This document shows positions 53,814-63,670 of a DNA stretch of 64,000 nucleotides, piece after piece (within the stretch, counting starts at the first letter, position 1; each line of letters opens with the position of its first letter). The translations under genes were made by a program, and so were the position numbers. This stretch comes from Devosia sp. GTDB taxonomy: Bacteria > Pseudomonadota > Alphaproteobacteria > Rhizobiales > Devosiaceae. The notes below the pieces were generated by a model. That model did not search any database and was not told where the DNA came from. It saw only the letters and a program-made list of their open reading frames with translations. The stretch lies in NCBI GenBank assembly GCA_051959485.1, contig JBQCFF010000296.1:568-64567 (forward strand), written 5' to 3'.

Positions 53814-54911
53814 ATGAGAACGACTGCCTTGCTGTGGGGAGCAGCGCTATTTGCCGGTGCCGCCACGCTGATGGCTGCACCGGCCTCGGCCCAGGATGCT
53901 GCCGCCACGCCAGACGCTGCCTGCGCCGCGCCGACCCAGGTGATCGAGGGGTTCACCACCTGTGCTGACGTTGCGGCCGCCAAGGCCGAGGGGACGCTGG
54001 TGCTCTATTCGTCCGAGGTCGAGACCGGTACGGTCCAGATGATCGACGAATTCAAGAAGCTGTTCCCCGAGATTTCGCCACAATATGTGCGCCTGCAGAT
54101 CGGGCCGCTCTACTCGCGGCTGCTCGCCGAGACGCAGGCCGGCGTCCATGCCGCCGACCTCATCAACCTCAACGAGCCCGCGCTCGCCATCGATCTGCAG
54201 GGCCGCAACGGCTACAAGATCTACATCTCGCCCGAGCTCAAGAACTACGAGGAAGGCTTCTGGAGCAACCCGCCGGGCAACTTCACCGAAACCGCCTACG
54301 TGACCTGCGGCATCGCCTACAATCCCAACGTCGTCGATCCGGCAACGGCGCCCAAGAACTGGCCCGACCTGCTCGACCCGAAATGGGCCGACAGCATCAT
54401 GGTGAAGATGTCGACCACCTTCACCCAGCGCAGCTTCTTCAACGAGATGCGCAAGCTCTACGGCGATGAATTCTGGGCCAAGTTCGGTGAGCTTCACCCC
54501 GTCGCCTACGACTCCATGGTGCAGCAGAACGATCGGCTCGTGAACGAGCAGGACAAGATCGCTGCCTGCGCCCAGGATTCGGGCTATCTCGACTTCAAGC
54601 GCCGCGGCGCCCCCATCGCGTTCGTGGTTCCGACCGACGGCCTGGTCGGCGCGCCGGTGAGCTGGGGCATCGTGGCCGACGCGCCGCACCCGGAGGCCGC
54701 CAAGCTCTACTATGACTTCCTGCTGTCGGCCTACGGCCAGGCCAAGAACGTCCAGGCGCTGCTGAAGGTGCCGACCCGCACGGACGTGCCCGGCCCCGAG
54801 GGCGTCGTCACCGCGGACTCCAAGATCCTGTACTCGCCTGACCTGGCACGCTCGCTGGAGAACCGCGCCGAGTACCAGAAGGAGTGGGACGCCATGGTCG
54901 GCATGCCGTAA
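53814..54911 (+). CDS. ABC substrate-binding protein (AfuA/FbpA-like fold)
   Basis: Signal peptide, AAKAEG.LVLYS, YNPN.V, PKNWPDLLDPKW, APHPEAAKL..DFLLS..GQ. Confidence 0.88.
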   Translation: MRTTALLWGAALFAGAATLMAAPASAQDAAATPDAACAAPTQVIEGFTTCADVAAAKAEGTLVLYSSEVETGTVQMIDEFKKLFPEISPQYVRLQIGPLYSRLLAETQAGVHAADLINLNEPALAIDLQGRNGYKIYISPELKNYEEGFWSNPPGNFTETAYVTCGIAYNPNVVDPATAPKNWPDLLDPKWADSIMVKMSTTFTQRSFFNEMRKLYGDEFWAKFGELHPVAYDSMVQQNDRLVNEQDKIAACAQDSGYLDFKRRGAPIAFVVPTDGLVGAPVSWGIVADAPHPEAAKLYYDFLLSAYGQAKNVQALLKVPTRTDVPGPEGVVTADSKILYSPDLARSLENRAEYQKEWDAMVGMP

Positions 54912-54933
54912 GGCTCGACATTTCATCCTACCG

Positions 54934-54964
54934 GGCCCGCCGTTGCTCGACGGCGGGCCTTTCT
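54934..54964 (+). terminator. Rho-independent terminator
   Basis: GGCCCGCCGT-TGCTCG-ACGGCGGGCC followed by TTTCT. Confidence 0.75.
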
Positions 54965-55095
54965 CGTTCCGGCCACCAGCAGTCAGCCACAGAATTCACG
55001 CACGCCTGGGCGCCACGTTCCGCCCGCGCTGCAATTTCCAGTATAGTAAGTGACACCAAAGGGCGGACGAATGCTTCGCCCCTCATAGGCAAACA

Positions 55096-55977
55096 ATGGC
55101 AAATAGATCGACCAAGCTCGCAAACGAGAACAGCAACAGATCGCCCGACGAGGACGGTCAGGATGATCTGCAGTTCGTGCAGTCTGTCGGCAAGGCTTTC
55201 CGTCTCCTGCGCGCCTTCTCGAACGCCCAGCAGTTGCTGGGCAACCAGGAGCTGGCGGCGGCCACGGGCTTGCCGCGCTCGACCATTTCGCGCCTGAGCT
55301 ACACGCTGACCCGGCTGGGCTATCTCAACTACGTGGCCGACATCATGAAGTACCGCCTCGGCGACGAGGCCCTCGCCTTCGCCGGCGGCATCCTGCGCGG
55401 CCTCGATTTCCGTTTCGCCATCAGGCCGTACATGAGCGACCTCGCCCATCTGGCGAGCGCCAACGTCTCCTGCGGCATCCGGCAGGGCCTCGACATGGTC
55501 TATCTCGAGCACACCATGGCCGATGTGCCGGGCGCCATGCACCATGCCGTCGGCACCCGCATCCCGCTGATCCAGAGCGCCATGGGCCGCGCCTATTTCG
55601 TCAGCCTGGACGACCGGGAAAGGGACAGCCAGGTCGCGGCCTGGGATGCTGCGCCGCCGCCTCACTGGGTCGAGCAGCGCGCCACCCTGCTCGAGCAGGT
55701 GGGCTTCTTCAAGGAGCACGGCTACGTCGTCTCGCTGGGCGACTGGTACAAGGACCTGAACGGCTGTGCGGCGCCGGCTTTCTCGCATCGGCACGGCCGC
55801 TGGTTCTTCTTCAACTGCGGCGGCCATGCCGACATCGTCACGCCCGAGAAGATCCGCGACAGCATTGCGCCACGCCTGCTGGCCATGTGCCGCACGGTCG
55901 AGAACGTGCTGATGGGGGTGGAGACCACGCCCCAGGCGGCGGACGGCCCGGAGCCGCCCAACCGCCGTTCGACCTGA
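55096..55977 (+). CDS. IclR family transcriptional regulator
   Basis: FVQSVGKAF.LL.AF, LGNQELA..TGLP.ST.SRL.YTL..LGYL, VGTRIP...SAMGRA. Confidence 0.92.
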   Translation: MANRSTKLANENSNRSPDEDGQDDLQFVQSVGKAFRLLRAFSNAQQLLGNQELAAATGLPRSTISRLSYTLTRLGYLNYVADIMKYRLGDEALAFAGGILRGLDFRFAIRPYMSDLAHLASANVSCGIRQGLDMVYLEHTMADVPGAMHHAVGTRIPLIQSAMGRAYFVSLDDRERDSQVAAWDAAPPPHWVEQRATLLEQVGFFKEHGYVVSLGDWYKDLNGCAAPAFSHRHGRWFFFNCGGHADIVTPEKIRDSIAPRLLAMCRTVENVLMGVETTPQAADGPEPPNRRST

Positions 55978-55979
55978 CC

Positions 55980-56774
55980 TCAGCGGGCCTTCCAGGGAGC
56001 GTGCGGGCGCTTTTCGACAAAGGCCCGGGCGCTCTCGGCGAAGTCCTCGGTGAGGTGGAGCTTCAGCGGGTTGGTCTGCAGGTAGGCCTCGCGTTCGGCC
56101 ATCTCCATGTACCAGCGCCGTGCCCGCACGGTAGCGCGAATGCCGAGCGGCGGATTATCAATGATGCCCTTGGCTAGCTCGCGCGCGGCCTCGAGGTGCT
56201 TCCCCTCCTCGGCCACGCGCGAGAAGATGTTGGCCTTGAGGCCTTCCTCGGCGGTGAAGAAGCGACCGGTCATCGCCACTTCGTTGGCGAACGCGCCGCC
56301 GCCGGCGAAGTTGAGCAGCGCCCAGTAGCGCGCACCGGGCAGGCCGCGCTTGGTCTCGGTCACCTGGAACCGGGTACCGGCCGCCGCGACGATCAGGTCG
56401 CATTCGAGGATGAGGCCCAGGCCCATGCCGATGGCATAGCCGTGCGGTGCGCCGATGATCGGCTTCCAGTTCACCGAGCGCGTCAGCAGGTCGGTGGCGT
56501 GCGCGCCCCAGCCCTGCGGGCCGCCATGCTTGGCAAACTCTTCCTTGCTGCGCAGCTGCCGCTGCTGCACGTCGGCGCCGCTCGAAAAGGAGCGGCCGCT
56601 GCCGTTGACGATCGCCACCTGGGCATTGTCATCGATATCGAAGCGCCGCAGCGCCGACGACAGGTCGAGCACCATCTGGTCGTTGAAGGCGTTGAGCTTC
56701 TCCGGCCGGTTAAGGGTGATCGTGGCGATATTGTCCTTGAGGTCGTATTCGACCAGCCCCATGCTTTCGCTCAT
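55980..56774 (-). CDS. Enoyl-CoA hydratase/isomerase (crotonase) family, copy 2
   Basis: Close paralog of 44648-45445 (ITLNRPEKLNAF, SSGADVQQRQLRSKEEFAKHGGPQGWGA identical). Confidence 0.9.
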   Translation of the reverse strand: MSESMGLVEYDLKDNIATITLNRPEKLNAFNDQMVLDLSSALRRFDIDDNAQVAIVNGSGRSFSSGADVQQRQLRSKEEFAKHGGPQGWGAHATDLLTRSVNWKPIIGAPHGYAIGMGLGLILECDLIVAAAGTRFQVTETKRGLPGARYWALLNFAGGGAFANEVAMTGRFFTAEEGLKANIFSRVAEEGKHLEAARELAKGIIDNPPLGIRATVRARRWYMEMAEREAYLQTNPLKLHLTEDFAESARAFVEKRPHAPWKAR

Positions 56775-56801
56775 TCAGGTCTCCGTCTGCGCTTTCTAGT
56801 T

Positions 56802-56815
56802 AACTGTTGACAATG
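56802..56815 (-). promoter_or_regulatory. GntR-type operator, site 5
   Basis: Reverse complement CATTGTCAACAGTT, about 28 bp upstream of the crotonase-2 start. Confidence 0.75.
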
Positions 56816-56859
56816 TGACGGGAGGCGAAGAGCGCCACCCGCGACGTGGGCAGGCTCTC

Positions 56860-58575
56860 TCAGCGGGGCGTACGCCTCCGGCTCAGGGCGGTGACCACCA
56901 GCACGATGCTGCTGGTGATGATGGTGAAGGTGAAGGCCAGGGCGGCAAGCGTGCCGAAGGTCCCCTGCTCCCAGATGTCGAGGATGACGAAACCGATCAC
57001 CGGGTTGCGTGAGCCGGCAAGCAGCGCGGACGCGGTCAGTTCGCCCGCCATCAGCACGAACAGCAGCGCCCAGCCCGACACCATGCCCGGCAGGGTCAGC
57101 GGGATCAGCACCTCACGGAAGGTGCGGCCCTCCGAGGCACCCGAGGTACTGGACGCCTCGAGCAACTCCTTGCCGACCTGGGCCACGGCGGCGTTGGCCG
57201 CAATCGAGGCTTCCGGCATGTGGATGACGATATAGGTCATCATCAGGATGATCAGCGTACCCGAAAGGTTCAGCGGCGGACCACTGAAGGCGAGCAGGAT
57301 GCCGACGGCGATGACGATATGCGACAGCGCCGCCGGGAGCTTGGTCACGGCATCGACGATGCGGCCGCCGGTGCCCGTGGCGTTCCGCACGTAGAGTGCG
57401 ATCACGGCGCCGAGCAGGATGCCGATGAAGCCGCCGACGATGCCCAGGCCGATGCTGTTGAGGAAGCCCACCCGCGTCAGCGGCCGCTCGATCAGCGCGC
57501 TGTAGAAATTGTCGAGCGTGAACAGCGCCGGGTTGATCGCCGGCATCCAGAAGGGTTGCACAGCGACAATGAGCAGGGCCAGCAGCGGCAGCACCGATGT
57601 GGCCAGCAAGAATAGGATCATCACCGCGCGCGCCAGCCACTTCCACGGCCCCAGCTGCACGATGACATGCCGGGCGCTCTTGCCGCCGATGGTCGCGAAG
57701 TTCCCGCGCGAGGTGACACGCTTCTGGATCAGCCACACCGACACGATGGCGGCGAGCATGAACAGCGTCAGCACGATCGCCTGGGCAGTGCGCGGCGGGT
57801 ACTCGAACGTGAGCGAGCGCAGGATGCGGACCGACAGGATGTCGATATTGGCGCGGTTCGCGATGACCACCGGGATCGAATAGACCGAGAACCCGACGAT
57901 CACGGTCAGCAACGCCGCGCCGAGCAGCGCCGGGGCGATCGCCGGCAGGCTCACCTGCGTCAGCGTCATCCAGGTACTGGCGCCGGACAGCCGCGACGCC
58001 TCCTCGAGCGCCGGATCGACGTTGCGGAACGCCGCCGCCACCATGATGTACACATAGGGCACGAAGTAGATCGTGTAGATGAAGATGAGCCCCGGCCACG
58101 AGGTGATGTTCACCTGCAGCGGCACGCCGAGCTTGCCGAGCGTGGCGGAGAGGAAGCCGTTGATGAAGCCGGCGCCGGGAGTCGCGAGGAAGATCCAGCC
58201 GATCGCCATTGCCACCGCTGGCACCAGCAGCGGGATGATCGGCAGGATGTCGCCGAGGAGCCCGAGTCGCGCGTCCGTGCGTTCGTTGAGCCAGGCGAAG
58301 ATCGAGGCCGTCAGGATGGCGCAGAAACCGCCGGCGAGAACCACGAGCACCGTGTTCATCAACGTCGGCCAGAGCCAGGGGGCGCTCAGCACCTGCGCAA
58401 ACGCGCTCAGGTCGAACACGCCGTTGGGAATGAACACCCGGGTCAGCATCAGCCCCGCCGGGTAGACGATCAGCCCGACGACGCGGAGGACGTTGATCGA
58501 CGTCAGCAGGCCGAAGATCGGGAACTTGCGGCGGCCGGTCGCCGCCGCAGCAGCCGGGAGGGAGAGCTCAGCCAT
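56860..58575 (-). CDS. FbpB/ThiP-type ABC permease (two-domain)
   Basis: DPALEEASRLSGAS and ELLEASSTSGAS EAA loops, ATIGGK linker. Confidence 0.92.
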   Translation of the reverse strand: MAELSLPAAAAATGRRKFPIFGLLTSINVLRVVGLIVYPAGLMLTRVFIPNGVFDLSAFAQVLSAPWLWPTLMNTVLVVLAGGFCAILTASIFAWLNERTDARLGLLGDILPIIPLLVPAVAMAIGWIFLATPGAGFINGFLSATLGKLGVPLQVNITSWPGLIFIYTIYFVPYVYIMVAAAFRNVDPALEEASRLSGASTWMTLTQVSLPAIAPALLGAALLTVIVGFSVYSIPVVIANRANIDILSVRILRSLTFEYPPRTAQAIVLTLFMLAAIVSVWLIQKRVTSRGNFATIGGKSARHVIVQLGPWKWLARAVMILFLLATSVLPLLALLIVAVQPFWMPAINPALFTLDNFYSALIERPLTRVGFLNSIGLGIVGGFIGILLGAVIALYVRNATGTGGRIVDAVTKLPAALSHIVIAVGILLAFSGPPLNLSGTLIILMMTYIVIHMPEASIAANAAVAQVGKELLEASSTSGASEGRTFREVLIPLTLPGMVSGWALLFVLMAGELTASALLAGSRNPVIGFVILDIWEQGTFGTLAALAFTFTIITSSIVLVVTALSRRRTPR

Positions 58576-59752
58576 GCCCAACCTGCCCTGCGGAGTCCTC
58601 GGGCAGCAGGCGGATGCGAGCGGGATCGAGGTGAACCCAGGCCGTGGCGTCCTCGGCGATGGTCCCCGCACTTGGCATCCAGGCGCGGATACGCTCGTTG
58701 CCGACCTGCAGCACGTATTCGGTATGCGAGCCGAGAAAGACGCGCGTCTCGACCTTGCACGGGCTCATGTTCGGCCGCTCGCCGGGCTCGGCGAACAGTT
58801 CCACCGCCTCGGGCCTGACGAAGGCGACAACCCGATTGCCGGTGTTGAACTCTTCGATGCTGTGGGCGTCGTCCCTGCTGCCGCGGTTGACGACCAGCTC
58901 GCCAAGCGAACTCGACACCACGACCTGCTGAGCGTCGACGCGGGTGATCGCCCCCGGCCAGATATTGGCCAGCCCGATGAAATTGCCGACATAGGTGGTG
59001 GCGGGCGCGCCGTAGACGGCTTCCGCTCTGCCCAACTGCCGGATACGGCCGTTGCCGAGCACCGCGATGCGGTCCGCAACCGCCATCGCCTCGCTCTGGT
59101 CGTGCGTGACATAGAGCGCGGAGAAACCGAAGGTGCGCTGCATGCGCCGTATTTCGAGGCGCAGCTGCTCGCGCACCTTGGCATCGACGTTGGACAGCGG
59201 CTCGTCGAACAGCACCGTGCCGGTCTGCGCGACGATGGCGCGGGCGAGCGCCGCGCGCTGCTGCTGGCCGCCGGAGATCTGCCCCGGATATTGCTGGGCG
59301 AGCGGCAACAGGCCAACCACTTCGAGCGCCTCGTTGACCCGGCGGTCGATATCGCCCGTCGGCGCCTTCCGGGCGCGCAGCGGATAGGCGACGTTCTGGA
59401 ACAGCGTCATGTGCGGCCACAGCGCATAGGACTGGAAAACCATGCTGACGGGCCGCTCGTTGGGCGGCACGAAGATGCCTTTCTTGGCCGAGAAGACCAG
59501 CACGTCGTTGACGTAGATCTCCCCTTCCTCGGGACGCTCGAGCCCGGCGACGCAGCGCAGCAAGGTGGTCTTGCCGCAACCGCTGGGGCCCAGCAGCACG
59601 ACCATCTCTTCGGCTGCGATGTCGAGCGAGACATTGTCGACGGGGATGATGGTGCCGCCGCCGCGACGGCTGTAGCGCTTGGTCAGCGAGACCACGCGGA
59701 TGCGCGGGGCATCGTGCCCGATGGAGCGCGAATCTTGCACGGTTGTCGCCAC
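58568..59752 (-). CDS. ABC ATP-binding protein (FbpC/PotA-like)
   Basis: GPSGCGKT, FQSYALWPHM, ISGGQQQR, DEPLSNVDA. Confidence 0.93.
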   Translation of the reverse strand: MATTVQDSRSIGHDAPRIRVVSLTKRYSRRGGGTIIPVDNVSLDIAAEEMVVLLGPSGCGKTTLLRCVAGLERPEEGEIYVNDVLVFSAKKGIFVPPNERPVSMVFQSYALWPHMTLFQNVAYPLRARKAPTGDIDRRVNEALEVVGLLPLAQQYPGQISGGQQQRAALARAIVAQTGTVLFDEPLSNVDAKVREQLRLEIRRMQRTFGFSALYVTHDQSEAMAVADRIAVLGNGRIRQLGRAEAVYGAPATTYVGNFIGLANIWPGAITRVDAQQVVVSSSLGELVVNRGSRDDAHSIEEFNTGNRVVAFVRPEAVELFAEPGERPNMSPCKVETRVFLGSHTEYVLQVGNERIRAWMPSAGTIAEDATAWVHLDPARIRLLPEDSAGQVGHG

Positions 59753-59784
59753 GAGGCAGGCTCCGATGCTTTGCTGGAAAGAAT

Positions 59785-59809
59785 GGGCGACGGGGTTCTG
59801 CCGCCGCCC
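59785..59809 (-). terminator. Stem-loop at the SBP-ATPase junction
   Basis: Minus strand GGGCGGCGG-CAGAACC-CCGTCGCCC (one G-U pair, so it folds best on the coding strand). Confidence 0.45.
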
Positions 59810-59830
59810 TCGATCGAGGTCCTGGGACCG

Positions 59831-60871
59831 CTACTGCAGCCCGAGCAGGCGCAGCAGATCTTCCTTGCGATCCTCTGCGATGGGCAGGTCGGCCGACTGG
59901 AAGCGGGCGGCCGGCTTCGGGCAGCCTTCGTAGTCGGTGAGGATCACCGAGGCCGAGTTGCCGCCGCAGACGACCTGCTGCCCCGCTTCGGTCGTGACCC
60001 ACGCGAGGAAGACCCGCGCCAGGTTGGGGTGCGGCGCCTTGGCCATCATGGCCCACGAGTGCATCGGCCCGAGCGCGACGACGTCGCTGTGTTCCGACGG
60101 ATAGGTCACCGCCAGCGGCGCACCGGCGTCGATCAGCGGCTGCGCATGCGCAAAGCTGGGGGGAATGACGAACCAGTAGGCGCCCGCCACCACCTGCTGG
60201 GCCCCCTGGCTGCCACCTTCGACGAGCGTGAAGTTCTGTGCCCGCAGCTTGGTGACGAACTCCTCGCCGTAGGTCTCGTACATGAGGTTGACCCAGTTGA
60301 GGTAGGTGTTCGAAGCCCGCGGATCGACCAGCATCCCCTTGCCCGCGAACTCGGGCCGCAGGATATCTTCCCACGTCTGCAGCGGCACATCGGCCGGGAT
60401 CAGGTTCGGGTTGTAGGCAATGAGCTGCGGGCCCTGGGTAGCGTTGAAATAGTTGGCGCCGATCTCCTGCTGCGGCCAGTTCGCGAGGCCGGGGACGAGC
60501 TCCGCGTTCATCGGAACGAACCAGTCCGGCTGCGACTCGAACAGCTCGAGGTTGGAGATGTCCATGGCATCGGCCTCCAAGACGCCGGCCTCGTACTCGG
60601 TCGAAAAGCGGTTCGCCAGGGTGCCTGAAGCGGCGCGGATGACGTTCACCTCGATGCCGGGAAAGGCCTCCTTGAAGGCCGACGCGGTGCGGTCGGCCAG
60701 GTTCTGCGCCTGCGCCGAATAGAAGGTCAGCGAGCCTTCCGCCTTGGCCGCCTCGATGACCGACGCATCGAGGCCGAACATTCCGTCCTGCGCGATGGCG
60801 CCGCCACTGCCCAGCGCCATCGACATGGCGATGGCTGCGATGGCGGACTTGTAGTTCATCTCAATCTTCAT
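59831..60871 (-). CDS. ABC substrate-binding protein (AfuA/FbpA-like fold)
   Basis: Signal peptide, AAKAEGSLTFYS, YNPN.I, TWEDIL.PE, APHPNLA..F..W..T..GQ; RBS AGGAGGAG. Confidence 0.88.
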   Translation of the reverse strand: MKIEMNYKSAIAAIAMSMALGSGGAIAQDGMFGLDASVIEAAKAEGSLTFYSAQAQNLADRTASAFKEAFPGIEVNVIRAASGTLANRFSTEYEAGVLEADAMDISNLELFESQPDWFVPMNAELVPGLANWPQQEIGANYFNATQGPQLIAYNPNLIPADVPLQTWEDILRPEFAGKGMLVDPRASNTYLNWVNLMYETYGEEFVTKLRAQNFTLVEGGSQGAQQVVAGAYWFVIPPSFAHAQPLIDAGAPLAVTYPSEHSDVVALGPMHSWAMMAKAPHPNLARVFLAWVTTEAGQQVVCGGNSASVILTDYEGCPKPAARFQSADLPIAEDRKEDLLRLLGLQ

Positions 60872-61083
60872 ACGGACACTCCTCCTGACGACCGTTTGCA
60901 GTTGATGCTGTTGGCGCGCCTTCGCCGGCATCGTGACATCGCGCCCAAGCGCTCGCGGGAGGCAAAGGGCTACCGATGCGCAGCCGCGATCGCGGGCTGC
61001 GCCATGTCCGAACACCTGATGGGCTCCTCCCCCGAGGCCGACTTTGTCGGCCCCTTTGAAGCGAACGTAGCTGCAGCTGAAGC

Positions 61084-61111
61084 AAACTGTCAACAGTATT
61101 GTAAACAGTTT
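61084..61111. promoter_or_regulatory. Tandem GntR-type operators, sites 6a/6b
   Basis: AACTGTCAACAGTA (61085-61098) overlapping TATTGTAAACAGTT (61097-61110). Confidence 0.75.
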
Positions 61112-61115
61112 TCTG

Positions 61116-61949
61116 TCAGGAATCGCCGAGCGCCTCGAGCAGGCCCTGGACGTAGCCGGCGGCACGCGCGGCGACCGCCTCGCCGCTCGGTTCGAACACG
61201 AACGGCTCGACCGAGATCCAGCGGTCGTAGCGGTGCCGCTTCAGGGTCGCGAGGATGTCCACGAACTTCATGGCCCCCTGCCCCGGCCCCAGCCGGTTGG
61301 GGTCGTTCAGATGCACGTGGGCGATGAGTCCGGTCGGCAGCCAGCGCTCCAGCACGGCCGGCAGCGGCTCGCTCTCGGCTTCGTTCCCTGACAGGCAATC
61401 GAGCATGGTCGCGAGCGCGGCGATCCCGCTGTCGCCGGCGATTTCCGCCGCTTCGGCAATGGTATTGATGAACTGCGTGCGCGTCGGGCGAATGGGCTCG
61501 ATCACGTAGCTCAGCCCCAATCTCGCCGCAACGGAGGCACCGAAGTGGAACGCCTCGATGCCGCGCTGCCTGTCGGCCTGCGCGGTCCGTGACGATAGCT
61601 GCCGCTGGTCGGCGGAACCATGGACGATGTAGCTTCCACCCAGCTCGGCGCACAGGTGGCAAAGCCGCTCGATGACGTCGAGGGTCTGCCGCCGCACTGC
61701 CGGGTCCGCCGAGGTGATCGAAAGCCCCGGCGGCACATAGAGCAGCGAATGGAACCCGGCTATGCGGACCTCGTGATCCGCTGCGATCCGTCTCAGCTCG
61801 CTGCGGCGCGAGCCGGGCAGCAGATGCGGCATGTCGCCGAGCCGCTGCGGTTCGATCTCGAGGCCGTCATATCCGACCGCCTTGGCGAAAGCGCACTGCG
61901 CGGCGAAGTCGAGGTGGTCGATGACTTCGGCGCAAAGCGCGAGCTGCAC
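61116..61949 (-). CDS. Sugar-phosphate isomerase/epimerase (xylose-isomerase-like TIM barrel)
   Basis: GYDGLEI, VHGS..QR, IEP, HVHLND.NR.GPGQG, SVEPF; GTG start at 61949. Confidence 0.85.
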   Translation of the reverse strand: MQLALCAEVIDHLDFAAQCAFAKAVGYDGLEIEPQRLGDMPHLLPGSRRSELRRIAADHEVRIAGFHSLLYVPPGLSITSADPAVRRQTLDVIERLCHLCAELGGSYIVHGSADQRQLSSRTAQADRQRGIEAFHFGASVAARLGLSYVIEPIRPTRTQFINTIAEAAEIAGDSGIAALATMLDCLSGNEAESEPLPAVLERWLPTGLIAHVHLNDPNRLGPGQGAMKFVDILATLKRHRYDRWISVEPFVFEPSGEAVAARAAGYVQGLLEALGDS

Positions 61950-61951
61950 GG

Positions 61952-63670
61952 CTAGAACCGCGGCTCGTCGCGGCTGCCGGGTCCGGTCAGGAAGTCGAGG
62001 CTCGATCCCTTGTCCGGCTGGCTGACATGCTCGGCATAGAGCTTGCCCCAGCCGCGCTGGTGACGGACCGGCGGCTTCTCCCAGGCCGCCCGGCGCGTCG
62101 CCAGCTCGGCTTCGTCGACCAGCAGCTCCAGCCGGCGGTTCTCGACGTCGAGTTCGATCAGGTCGCCCTCGCGCACCAGGGCAAGGGGGCCGCCCGCCGC
62201 GGATTCGGGCGAGACATGCAGCGCCACGGTACCGAAATGCGTGCCGCTCATCCGCGCGTCGGAGACGCGGACCATGTCGCGCACGCCCTGCTCCAGCAGC
62301 TTTTTCGGGATCGGCATCATGCCCCATTCCGGCAGGCCCGGAACGCCCTGGCCGCCAGAGCCGCGCAGCACCAGCACCGAATTGGCGTCGACCTCGAGTT
62401 CGGGGTCGTCGATCCGCGCCTTCATGTCCTCGAAGCTGTCGAACACCACGGCCCGGCCCTTGTGCTGCAGCAGTTCCGGCGTCGCGGCCGAACGCTTCAG
62501 CACCGCGCCGTCGGGCGCCAGGTTGCCGTACAGCACGACCAGGCCGCCACGTGGGAACAGCGGCGTGTCCATCGGCCGGATGACGTCCTCGTCGAAGATC
62601 TCGGCATTCTCGATGTTCTCGCCCAGCGTCTTGCCGTTGACGTTGCGCGTCTCGAGCGTGAGTTCCCCCTTGATCCGCGACAGCAGGCCGGGCAGGCCGC
62701 CGGCGTAGAAGAAGTCCTCCATCAGGTACTTGCCGTTCGGCTTGATGTCGGCGAGCACCGGCAGGCGCTCGGAGGCACGGTCGAAATCCTGCAGTGAGAT
62801 CGTGATGCCCACCCGATCAGCCATGGCGATCAGGTGGATCAGCGCGTTGGTCGATCCGCCCAGCGCCATCAGCGTCAGGATCGCATTGTCGAACGCCTGC
62901 CGTGTCAGGATGTCCGTGGGCTTCACGTCGTTCCACACCATGTCGACGATCTGCCGGCCGGTGCGCGATGCCATGTGCGCGTGCCGCGAATCCACGGCGG
63001 GAATGGAGGCCGCGCCGGGCAGGCTCATGCCCAGCACCTCGGCGATGGAGGTCATCGTCGACGCCGTCCCCATGGTCATGCAGTGGCCGGGTGAGCGCGC
63101 CGCCGCATACTCCATGTCGTGGTACTGCTCCGGCGTGATCCGCCCGGCCCGCATCTCCTGGTAGAAGAAGCTGTTGTCGGTACCGCTGCCCAGCGTGCGT
63201 CCGCGCCAGCGGCCGGTCAGCATCGGCCCGGCAGGCATGAAGATGGCCGGCAGGTCGATGGACGATGCGCCCATGATCATCGCCGGCGTGGTCTTGTCGC
63301 AGCCGCCCATCAGCACCACGCCGTCGATGGGATGGCAGCGCAGCATTTCCTCGACCTGGATGGACAGCAGGTCGCGATAGATCATCGTGGTCGGCCGGAT
63401 GAACGCTTCGCCCAGCGACATCACCGGCACCTCCACCGGATAGCCACCCGCCTCCCAGATGCCGCGCTTCACCTCCTCGGCCCGGTTGCGGAAGTGGTGA
63501 TGGCAGGGGTTGAGATCGCTCCACGTGCTGAAGATGCCGATCACCGGCTTGCCGCGGAAATCCTCATCGGTGAACCCGGCCTGCTTGGTCCGTTCCCGCG
63601 TGACGAAGCCGTAGCGGTCCTTGCCTTCATACCAGCGCGCGCTGCGGAACTCTTCGTATGTCTTGCGCAT
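61952..63670 (-). CDS. IlvD/Edd family [2Fe-2S] dehydratase (L-arabinonate dehydratase AraD-like)
   Basis: GKPVIGI, NPCH, GGCDKTTP, GHCMTMGTASTM, GGSTNA, GNLAPDGAV.K, SDARMSGT, LHVSPE. Confidence 0.9.
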   Translation of the reverse strand: MRKTYEEFRSARWYEGKDRYGFVTRERTKQAGFTDEDFRGKPVIGIFSTWSDLNPCHHHFRNRAEEVKRGIWEAGGYPVEVPVMSLGEAFIRPTTMIYRDLLSIQVEEMLRCHPIDGVVLMGGCDKTTPAMIMGASSIDLPAIFMPAGPMLTGRWRGRTLGSGTDNSFFYQEMRAGRITPEQYHDMEYAAARSPGHCMTMGTASTMTSIAEVLGMSLPGAASIPAVDSRHAHMASRTGRQIVDMVWNDVKPTDILTRQAFDNAILTLMALGGSTNALIHLIAMADRVGITISLQDFDRASERLPVLADIKPNGKYLMEDFFYAGGLPGLLSRIKGELTLETRNVNGKTLGENIENAEIFDEDVIRPMDTPLFPRGGLVVLYGNLAPDGAVLKRSAATPELLQHKGRAVVFDSFEDMKARIDDPELEVDANSVLVLRGSGGQGVPGLPEWGMMPIPKKLLEQGVRDMVRVSDARMSGTHFGTVALHVSPESAAGGPLALVREGDLIELDVENRRLELLVDEAELATRRAAWEKPPVRHQRGWGKLYAEHVSQPDKGSSLDFLTGPGSRDEPRF

